A DNA stretch of 59,741 bases, filler included, from Basidioascus undulatus (Eukaryota): assembly GCA_000826855.1 (NCBI GenBank). It is 8 parts of 8 records of this genome, joined end to end, with 100 filler letters (N's around TTAATTAATTAA, not from the genome) between each part and the next. Parts side by side here need not be neighbours in the genome. Positions count along the whole stretch, not along the records: positions 45,549 to 52,596 come from JTLS01001628.1; positions 52,697 to 59,741 come from JTLS01001629.1; 6 more parts are not named here. One strand, 5' to 3'. Of the stretch, positions 50,291-59,741 are shown one piece after another. The notes under the pieces were generated by a model, which did not search any database, was not told where the DNA came from, and worked only from the letters and a program-made list of their open reading frames with translations. The translations under genes and the position numbers were made by a program. How positions within the stretch are numbered: the first letter of the stretch is position 1; the number at the start of each line of letters is the position of its first letter.

Positions 50291-51713
50291 GCGGGGAAGG
50301 AGGGCAGGCTGGATCGCAGTGGCTGGATCGCATCGCATCATTACCACGTTTCTTTTTTTTTTCCCTATTGATCTTTCGGTTCGTACTAGCGTTGATCTGT
50401 TATCCTTACGACTGTCTGGACTCTTTCTTGGCTCCCTTGATTATACAGAACGAGAACACGGCATGTCATCCTCAGTCATTGGTGATCCTGCAGCGCCAGG
50501 GGATTGGGGCGGGAAGTCGACTGTGGTGAGGTTGTCAGTCGGCACGCGCCATCATCGCTGTCGATTTTTCGGCTGTCGTCTTCACGCAAGCCCACCGTTA
50601 AAATTACTTGCGGGATATTATTCACACAGGACTATCGACCATGTTCGGAACTGGGAGGGGCGCTGTCATAAAAGGCCGACCTCGGTCGGTTTGCCCCTTG
50701 ACCCTAATCCACTTTCATTGCCCACCGTCGCACCCGCCGTTGCACCCGCCGTCGCACCCGCCATTGCATCCATCCCCACCGATCCCCTCAAGCAACACAA
50801 GGTATACGCCGCCCCCTTACAAGTTCTCCCGCTACCAACCGTCGCTCCCGGCCTCGACTACTTCCCCGCGTCGTTCAATGGGCAGGGATCCCGGCTCCCC
50901 CGAGGCCGGAGGACGTCCAGACCATGGCCATGTACACGCATGCTGCCACGGAAGGATCGCGTGCGCGGGTGGCTGCATTGCCTGAACCTCCGTTAGCACT
51001 ATGACACGATGCTGCGTTAAGCAAATTGGCGGACTACAATCCTCATTCCGTATCTGATGCACCTAGAACGAATAATGGATTCTTGGTACTGTGGGAACCG
51101 AGTGAATGGGCGTGAACTGACTTGCTGTTGAACGTGCTGTTTGGAACACACTTGGTCGAGAGCTTCTTTGCGGCACTGCGCCCTTTTCTGATTGAAACTC
51201 CCACCCACAGTGGGTGCTGAACAGCGTGAGCGATGCGTTTGTTTTCGAGATTGTTGCATGCCGCCTGCTTTCGTCCAGTCTTGCAGTCGTTCAGTCTTGA
51301 TCTTATGCCGGCGAGAACACTTACCCCAATCCCATCCTCTAGTAGTAGCAGCAGACCCATCGTCGCTTGCACTCGGGAAGCAAAGTGACGTGCAAGTATG
51401 TATTTTCCGGCACCTAAGCCAATGAGCTGATGCGGGCAGGCAGCGAAGGTGAATGCGGGGTATCTGATAGCAATGCAACACTCCAACCTCGCGAGGAAAC
51501 CTGGGAGAAAACCGAAAGGCAAATAAGGTGTTGAAGAAATATAGTCCGTGAGTCTGAATGCGGAGGCCAAGAAAAGGCAATGTGGGAAGATACAAACGCG
51601 GGTATCACCATCTACCCGTCGTCCTCGTATACGTCAAGCCAGCGTAATCATCAACCAGCGAGTCAAGTCGTAACGAATCGTCAATTCAGATCCTTCTCTC
51701 TCCACAGCGTCGT

Positions 51714-52596
51714 TCATTCCAGTCTCCGCACGCCCATCTCCAGCGAGTCCGGACTATCGACCATCCTCGGGCTGGACGGGCCACCGTCGTCCTCGCTATC
51801 CCGCCAGCGTCCGCCCGCGCTGCTCTCGCTCCGTCTATGCCTATCGTCCCCGTCCCCGCCGCCCACGAGCGCCCTGCGCTCCTCGCGCTCCTGCTCCTCG
51901 TCCCGACTGCGATCCCTCCGTTCGCGGCTGCGCTCCCCACTCCCAAACTGCAGTTTCGGCAATTTGAAATGGTGATGCCTCTCGCGCTCGGAGGAGCCGC
52001 CCGATGCGCTCCGCTCGGGCGCGGCGTGCCCGAACGCGGAGAACACTGTTGGGCGCCCGCCGCCGGAGCCGGAGGATGGCGAGCGCGGCGTGTCGCGCGG
52101 CGCGTAGGGGTCGTGGTACGGCGGCTGCTCGACGCTGTGGTCCGAGGCTTCGTGGATCGTTGCGGGGACGAGGGTGACGGAGGGCGAGCGCGGCTCGGTC
52201 GAGGGCGCCCGTCGCTCGTGCACGGGGTCGGCGTGTGAGCCGGGCTCGGCGTAGTAGTGCAGTGTGTCTGTTTCATCCAGACAATCTCTCCAGTCTCAGT
52301 TCCCGCAATCCCACAAGCGAGCGAGGTGAAATGTGAGTAAACAAAGGGGACGACGCACCTCCCCCCTGATCGAACCGGATGCTCTGCCCGCTCCTCTCCT
52401 TGCCATCCCTGTCCTCGCCAAGGAAAGGACTGCTGATCGGCGAGTGCGGCTCGAACGCAATGTCGGCGTAGCTCGGGCTCCGCCCGGCGATGCTGCTGTG
52501 CAGCGAGATCTTGTCCGCCGCGTCAGCCGGCATCGGGTTGTCGCTCAGCTGATACCGCGTCAGCCCGTGCGCGCCGTGCGTCGTCAGCATCTGCAT
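51714..52596 (-). CDS. Low-complexity C-terminal exons of an unidentified protein; 5' truncated
   Basis: Two GC-rich open exons (52596-52356 and ~52272-51714) joined by a GTGCGT..AG intron, ending LEMGVRRLE*. Confidence 0.55.
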
Positions 52597-52696
52597 NNNN
52601 NNNNNNNNNNNNNNNNNNNNNNNNNNNNNNNNNNNNNNNNTTAATTAATTAANNNNNNNNNNNNNNNNNNNNNNNNNNNNNNNNNNNNNNNNNNNN

Positions 52697-55544
52697 CCCA
52701 GGCGGGATGCGTGGGTCCGGCGGCGGCTCGGGCGGCGGTGGGATGGCTGCTCGCAGCGGCGGCCCGGGCGGTGGTGGCAGCGGCGGAATGCGTGGTGGTC
52801 CCCCCTTCCCCACCACCGGCCCCCGCAATGCTCGCGGCCCGCTGAACGACCGCGCCTCAGGCTCTGGCGGCGGAGGCGGTCGGGGCGGCAAGGCGCGCAC
52901 CGGCGCAGACGGCGCGGGCGGGCGCGACCAGGACAAGCGCCGGACGTTGACGGACTTTAGGATTGTGGGGCTGGAGGTGAAGGAGGTTGGCTGGGCGTGG
53001 GAGCAGGTCGATGTGGGGGCGGGTGTTGGGAAGGTGGCGGAGAAGAAGGGCGAGGAGGACGGGGAGCGTGGGGATGGGAGGGAGACCAAGGTGCGTAACT
53101 TCGCATTCAGAGGCGACCGCGATACTTGCAAGGGTGATTTCGCTGACTTCCTTGTATTTATTGCTACAGAAGCAGAAGGTCGAAACCGAATCACCGTCAT
53201 CCAGCGTCGCCACTCTTCACCCTCCTCCCTCGGAGACGCCCGCCGCCGAGACGCCCGCAGGCGATGCCGCCCCTTCCGCCGAGCCAAGCGAGACGCCCAA
53301 GTCCCCCAAATCGCCTTCGCCCTCCAAGAAACCCGAGCTCACCCCCACGCCCGCCCCGGCTCCCGCTCTCGCGCCTGCCCCGCCGAAGGAGACCTCTCGC
53401 CTCCGGATCTACTTCTCCTCACCGGCCTCGTCCACGCCGGGCGAGCGCCGCGGTCTCCCGAAGATGCGCAAGTGGGGCGTGCCCGCGTCTACTCCGCAGG
53501 GCAAGGAGAAGGAGCGGGAGCAGCAGCGCGAGCGCGCGGACGACGAGCACAGCGTCGCGGGGAGCGAGATGGGCCGCTCGTCCGTCGCAGGCGAGGGCAG
53601 CCGGACGGGCTGGGAAGGCGCGGGCGGCGCGGAGGACCTCGATGGGGAGGAGATGGATGGGGAGCCGATGGGCTGGACGAGGGAGGGTGAGGACGATGGA
53701 GAGGAGAAGCACGGCGAGGAGCACCCTACCGAGCAACCTGCCGAGCCATCGGAGCATGCTCCGCCTCCGCCTCCGCCGCCCGCCGACGATTCGCAGCCTC
53801 CCCCTCCCCCGCCGTCTGCCGAGCAGCCAGCGCAACCTCCCGCCGAAGCCGAGCAGCATCCGCCGTCTACCGAGGAGCAACACCCTCCGCCCGCGCCGAT
53901 GGAGACCGAGCCGCATCAGCAGCCGGAAAAGCCCCAGCAGCCGCAGCAGCTGGCGTCGGACGTCAAGATGGAGGTCACGTCCCCAATCAAGGGGGAGGGC
54001 GCGGCTGCGTTCGAGGGCGAGGTCAAGCGAGAGGAGGAGCAGCATGTCAAACGCGAGCTGGAGCACGAAGCTACACCCACGCTCGCCCCGCCGCCTGCGA
54101 TGACGTACGAGTCGCAGCTCGGCAAGCGCGACCAGCCGGACACGACATCCACGCCCGGCTCGTCGCCAGTCAAGGGCGCGCACTCGCTCCTCATGTCCTC
54201 CGCCGCGTCGCCCGCGCCCGCCGAGGTGCCCGAGCCGTCCGCGAACAGGATCTCGATCTCATACGCGCGCAACTCCCGGCGCATCGTCATCGACGCGGAG
54301 GTCGTCGAGAAGATGCGCATCCACCGCGCGCAGGGCTGGGTCGAGATTGTCGTCCGCTTCGAACAGGCGACTGCCGAGCCTCAGCCCGACGCGGACGAAA
54401 CGAGTGACGACACCGAGGAGGAGCGGGAGAAGGAGAGGGTGAAGAAGGAGGTCCGGCAGAGGGACGAGAAGGATCTGTGGAGGGTTTGCAGGGGTATCTT
54501 GGTGCGTTCCTATTCTCCTCTTCTGAGCTTTCGTTTGCCATACGAGAACTGACGTTGGTATTCGGTCCTATTCAGGTCGAAGCGCTCGACCCGGCGACCG
54601 AGCAGTTCGTCCCAATCGAGCGCGCCGCGCTCGAGGCTTCGTGGGCGGGCGAGACGTCCACACCGGCGCCGGGCAGGAACGGCAGCGCGTTCGCCGACGC
54701 GGAATGGGAGAATCCGCTTGTCCCGCCGCTCCACCGCTTGATTGTCCCGCCGTCGCAGCAGTGGGAGGACGCGCCCCGCTCGGGCCTGCCGCAGCTCTCG
54801 GTCGAGACCGTCACGTTCGTGTGCAAGCTCGACACCGCCAACCCGCTCACGGAGCCCAAGTGGGTGCGCTCGGGCGACGTCGACGAGTGGATAATGCAGA
54901 TCACTGGCATCCCGCGCGGTGGGTTCGCTGCGCGCAGGCAGGGCGGGCGCACTGGCTGGCAGGGCAGGATCGAGGTTCTCGACCCGGATCCGGTGTGTGC
55001 TACTGTCACGATTACTTTAGTTACGGACAAAGTTAACGCTCTATCGTTTAACGCGCAGGCCCCGACGATCCAGAACATCCTCGAAAACTGGGTCATCAAC
55101 AGCCCGGTCGGCCTTCCGAAGGAGCGGCGCAAGTTCGTCAAGTCACACCTCTCGCAGATCGATAACCTGCTCGAAATCCTTCTCCGCCTCGTGCGCTTCG
55201 AGCGCGTCGGCTCGGGGTCAGACAAGCAGCAGGCGGCGAACGCCGCGCAGGCGGCAGCCTCGACGCAGCTGCACAACCTGCACGGCCCGCTTGCACACGC
55301 GGCCGCAAGCTTCCCGCCCGACAGCCCGTACGCGGCGTCGCAGACGCACGTGAGCCTCGCCGTCCTCGCGCTCTTCCGCCTCACGGGCGAATTCGCAACT
55401 GTCGCGGGCATCGCGAAGGAGACGGTCGACGAGCGCGTGTCCGAGATCGTGCGCGCGCTCCCGCAGCATCTCCTGTTTAAGAGCGTGGAGGGCGTCTTCC
55501 GCGAGTATCTTGCTGCGCGGCGCTTGCAGCGCGCTGAGCGATGA
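52697..55544 (+). CDS. Large hypothetical protein: Gly/Arg-rich N-terminus, Pro/Glu-rich linker, ordered C-terminal blocks; 5' truncated
   Basis: Long ORFs joined by canonical introns, with islands DKRRTLTDFRIVGLE, ETSRLRIYFSSP, PSANRISISYA..RRIVIDAEVV, LTEPKWV.SGDVDEW, LLEILLRLVR, QTHVSLAVLALFRL. Confidence 0.75.
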
Positions 55545-57464
55545 GGCACGCCCGTTTTCTTCCCCCTCCTGCTTCACCCTCCCTCCCAGGGCTTGCGGCT
55601 CCTGGGCTGACTGTTACGGGTGCTTTTCTCTTTGTTTCCAGTTTCTTGCGCTCGCTGCGCTTCCGATAGTTTGGGTTCCGTTGCGCCGTATCTCGAGTTC
55701 AGGTTCGTTTCCATTGGCTGGGTAGTTTGGATGGTTTGGTGCAGAAGATCAAAAAAGGGGATCGCGTCTCACATGGGTGGGGCGTCGTGGGTTGTGGCTG
55801 CGTTGGGCTGGGGGTCAGTTGCCTTCGGGCGATGTTTTCTATGCTTTTTCGCGAAGATTCGACTATTGTTCTTGATATCGGTGCGGCGGTTGAGGACGGG
55901 CATGGGCTGTGGCGCGGGGTGCGGCTCTACCCAAGAGCACTCGACGCCGAGGCGTTGCCTCTTTTTGCACCCGACGCATGGTTGCTTGGATCGAGTTCAG
56001 CGCTCTCCAGGTTCTCGCGGCTTACGCATCTACATTTGGAGCCGTGTGCACTGCGTCCACTCAACATTCGGCCACGCTTCATTGTTCGCTCGGCCTTCGT
56101 GGCCTGTGCGACCGGGCTACTGCCCACCGCTGACGATCGTTGTCCGACACCTACCGCTGCTATCTGACACGATATCATCCCTGATTATCACAGCGTCTTC
56201 CTCGACTGCTTACCGTGCTGGCGAGTCCTTCAGCCCGACTTTCCGCAGGTCTCCCAGGTGCGTCTGGAGCTCTCACTACTGCGAACATCTACAGAGTGTG
56301 CGGTTGGCGCAAAGCGAGCACGATCGTCTGTGCGGAGCGTCGATGGTGTTCTCTGTGCAGGCAGATTCACACAGGAGACTATCAGAGCTGGGCAGAGTGG
56401 TCACGGTGGGCGGGTAGAAGGCGTTGTGTGTGAGGGGGGCTGAGTGCTCCGCTAACCCTTGCGACGAATGTCAAGCTGGTACTCATCCTATGCAGCTTCT
56501 ATCTTGGCGCTTCATCTCGTTTGCAGGTTTGCCGTGACGTGACCGTAAAGTATAGCGAGTAAACAAGTGAAACGTAAACCCGAGCGCACGCTCCACTGTG
56601 CATGAAACAGCAAGCAGCCGCCGCTACAAGGCATGACTTTGCCTTGCCGCCGCTGTCACTATATTTATTTTCTCCATTGATCTCGTGCATGGCCAATTTG
56701 AGGATAATAATTATGTTATGAGCGTGACGATGCGGGTGACGGGGAGACGTGATGCTGCTTTCAATGCGTTGCGGGCTGCTACCTGTCCTACAGTCAAAAA
56801 TTTGTCCCTAAAGTTTCCCATGTCACAGACTATGTAAAGAAAACTTTGATCAGGACAGGAGGCTGTTTCTCTCCCTCCTCGGGTACAGCCTCAGGTGGAG
56901 CGTGCTACCAGTGCTACCACTGCCGTCTTCGAGGAAGTCAGGATCCGTAGGCGGGGGGGAACTTGTTCAGGACGGTTTATTCCAGTTCCTTGTGGATAAA
57001 GGTCACCTTTTCAAAGCCTATCAGGGTACAATTGATCGATCACCGACTTGGAGGCTAGCCTGCATCTGTAAGTGGTAGGGGAGCACCCGGGCAGTTGGTC
57101 ATCAGCTTCGGTCTCATACCACTTGATTCTGAAACCCGGTGGATTTCCTTTGATTGTTGATGTACTGCAATGCAAAACTGATATCGGTTCAACGGCTTCG
57201 CAATGTGCTTGAAAGAGCCAAGACGAGAGCTCCGGGGCAAACCAAGGTGTAACATCTCCACACTGCCGGCACTGCCGCTGCGCAGGCTGCTCTCGTGCAC
57301 ATGTTTGTGCTCTTCGACGAGCATGTTCTCTTTACAAGAACAACCGAAATATCTGCCACTGAAAGTGGGGGACAAGCGTCGTTCACAGCTGGCAATCCCC
57401 GCGCGCCTGCTCAGTGCGGGCGCGAACTCCTCATCAACCTCGCTAGCTGCTGTTGTTAAACCTC

Positions 57465-57643
57465 ATACTTACCTTGAGGGGCCATCCGGGGCTCATGAAA
57501 CCTGGATGGCGCGGTGAGCCTTCCCGCATTGCACGGCGACTCATAGGCCTACGGGCGGGCGAGCTGTTGGTCACGGTTCTGCCGTGTCTACTCTCCAAAT
57601 ATTTGGATTGTCCGCTGTTGCCCTTCGGGGCGGCAGTGGCTAC
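57465..57643 (+). ncRNA. U1 spliceosomal snRNA
   Basis: 5' ATACTTACCT; SL1 CCATCCGGG/CCTGGATGG with 10-nt loop GCTCATGAAA; SL2 loop CATTGCAC (U1A site); SL3 GAGCTGT/ACGGTTC; Sm-like AATATTTGG; SL4 CCGCTGTTGCCC-TTCG-GGGCGGCAGTGG. Confidence 0.9.
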
Positions 57644-58006
57644 TAGAATTTTTTGGCAGCTTTGTAACCCTAACCCTAATGAACAAATTCCCCACATGAC
57701 ATGGTTTGCAGGTAATGAGCGCGCTTGAAGAGGTTGAGATGAAGTACTGGTGTTCAATTGCAGTCGAGTTTGAGCTTGCGCAACATCTTAATACATCCAA
57801 GAATGGCCTAGCGTAGCAGCCCTCGAATGGCGGTGCAGAGGAATCCTCTTGCCTGTCAACGTGCACAGCCGGCTGCACAGAAACGGACACCTGAAACTGA
57901 AGGCGGACCAAACGTGGGGCATTGAGGCAGAACATGGAGCAGGCCAGGCGATCCGTATGAACCGGATGATCGTGTGTGTGAACAAAAAATCGTGGCAAAA
58001 AAAGTA

Positions 58007-58077
58007 TTCCCCGTCCGGGAATCGAACCGGGGTTGGGCGGTGAGAACACGCGATGTTAGCCACTACACCAAGGAGTA
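58007..58077 (-). pseudogene. Degenerate tRNA-Glu(CUC) gene
   Basis: Minus strand: TACTCCT TGGTGTAGTGGCTAACATC GCGTG TTCTCAC CGCCC AAC CCCGG TTCGATT CCCGG ACGGGGA A, followed by T7. A/B boxes are intact, but acceptor, anticodon and T stems carry mismatches. Confidence 0.7.
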
Positions 58078-58517
58078 GATACTTTATTTCCGATGCATTT
58101 ATTTGAACCAGTCCCGCTTGAAGCCGCACACCCAGCTCACGATTCTGCATCTGCTGAGATGCTCTTTTGCTCTACAACGGTCCACGCGCCGCATGAAGTA
58201 CCTACTCAGGTGAAAACCTGTAGGACGCAAGCAAAACCCGTTCGGTCCGCCCCGTCGTGTCCGGAACCCACCCAGTGCGGACTGTCTGCATCCTGTTCCT
58301 TATTATCCCGCCTCCCAGCGGCCTGATATGAACGTTCCAAGCAAGCCATGTAGCTCAGCCAGCATCTCGAAGCAGTATGTGAAAAATTACAACACGTTTG
58401 CTCGCCTCATCCTCTAGCCAGCCAAGTAGATACAGCCGAGCGTCATCACCAACACAAAATATAATGCGCGAGAAGATCCTTTGCCCACGACCCCAACCGC
58501 GCTGCGACCGCGCGAGA

Positions 58518-59741
58518 TCACCGTCTCCGCCTCGTGGACGACCGCGCGGTCTCACGGCGCATGCGCCTGCGGAAACGGAAACGAAAGGTCAGTCTCACTA
58601 GGCATCGCAATCACATTGAACCCGCCAACGCACCTGGAAGCCCGCTCCTTGTCCATCTCCCTCCTCTCGATTTCCTCAGCACTAAGGACCTCCAACCTCG
58701 GAACAAACTCCTCTGCGTCCTGCCAGTCCCTCCACACGCCCTCGAGCCGCCGCGGCCCGACGCCCATGCCCGGCGCGCCCGCGGCGCCCGCCGCCCCGCC
58801 GATGAGCCCGAGCTCGATCGCGTCCTTCTTGTGCCGTATGAGCTCCTCGTGCAGCGCGTGCGCGATGAGCGGGTGCGCCTCGCCCGAGAGGCCGAGGTCC
58901 GCGCAGAGCGCGGAGGAGAAGAGCTCGGGCGGCAGGGGCGAGGTCAGGTCCCACTCCAGCTTGTCGAGTAGGTGCAGGGTCGAGATTTGGACATCGAGCT
59001 GGGTGGAGACGGGAATGAGCGAGAATGCGGAGAGGGGAAGACGGTAAAGGGAAAGAGACGCACATTGACGATGACGCGAAGATCCTGCTCCTTCTCGTCC
59101 TCGTCCTTGTCGTCCTCCTTCCCATCCTCCACCGGCGTGGGCGCCGGGCTGCCCACGGGGCTCCTCCCCTCCTCCTCCGCCTCCTCGCGCCTCCGCTTCC
59201 GACTCGCGTGCGCAAGGGCCGCGCGCCCCGCGCCGACCTCCGCGACGGTCATGTGCTCCTCGACCTGCGCGGTGATGGCGTCCGCGATCTGCTGCGCGTA
59301 CGGCTTCTCGGGGAGGTCGCAGTCCGCGCAGAAGGTCTGCGCGAACGCGAGCGGCTTAAGAAGCCGCTCGTTCGCGTTCCAGATGAACGAGTCCCGTAGC
59401 CGGAAGGTTTCGGTGTCCAGCTCGATCCGGATCGGGATGGGAAGGTATGGCGCGTCCGCGGCGTTGCTGAGGTCCTTGTCCGGACTACGGGGGAGGCGTC
59501 AGGGTGTGAGGAAGTGCAGGGAAGAATGCGAAGGACGCACTTGTATGGATGCCTGTTGTGCGACTTGTCTATCCGCTTGGGGAAGACGAGGTTCCCCGGG
59601 GCGGGTCTGCCCAAGTAGCTCCCTCCCGTCTGCGCCATCGCGACGTACCCCTCGACCCTCGCCGCCGCGCTCTGTCCCGTCGGCGTAGCCGTCCCTGCCG
59701 CGGCAGCCGCCGCCCTCGAGCTCGTCCTGCGACGGAGCGTC
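58518..59741 (-). CDS. SFH1: SNF5-family RSC subunit Sfh1; 5' truncated
   Basis: PIPIRIELDTETFRLRDSFIWNANE..FAQTFCADCDLP, DLRVIVN|LDVQI..LLDKLEWDL..PELFS..LCADLGLSGE..IAHALHEEL, PRLEVLSAEEIERREMDKERASR|RMRRET; TGA at 58518-58520. Confidence 0.9.

Noticed and set aside
56855..56945. Hairpin AGGCTGT..ACAGCCT plus GAGGAAGTC as RNase P/MRP RNA
   Set aside because: No matching CR-V/P4 partner found; insufficient evidence.
57665..57679. Telomerase RNA template or a true telomere
   Set aside because: At 2.5 repeats it is longer than a typical ~1.5-repeat template and far too short and internal for a telomere; no supporting structure recognised.

Overview
This window is eukaryotic, not prokaryotic. 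It is intron-rich fungal DNA, most consistent with a basidiomycete yeast of Rhodotorula/Microbotryomycetes type: GC-rich exons, ~50-80 nt introns, GTGCGY/GTGAGT/GTACGY donors, CTGAC branch sites and YAG acceptors. It comprises eight contigs (1-9646, 9747-16810, 16911-23974, 24075-31134, 31235-38292, 38393-45448, 45549-52596, 52697-59741) joined by artificial 100-nt N44-TTAATTAATTAA-N44 linkers, so neighbourhood across linkers is meaningless. Recognisable, often partial, genes are a kinesin tail, a DUF6534-type membrane protein, the 3' half of Arp1, RIC1, a UBLCP1-like phosphatase, an Ecl1-family Zn protein, a DUF4436-type membrane protein, the LIG4 BRCT tail, DBP8, SGF73, MAM3/CNNM and SFH1. 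RNA genes are U1 snRNA, an intron-containing tRNA-Ile(UAU) and a degenerate tRNA-Glu(CUC). There are also two clusters of decayed F-box paralogues and an ABCA transporter pseudogene. The most notable item is a complete 11-exon gene whose spliced product has the motif order of a pentameric ligand-gated (Pro-loop) ion channel subunit, with an N-terminal helix and no M4; this superfamily is generally regarded as absent from fungi. Also notable are an internal inversion in the ABCA pseudogene, an Arp1 half spliced in frame to a foreign first exon (possibly misassembly), and variant U1 and tRNA features. All family assignments are by motif recognition by eye; no searches were run.
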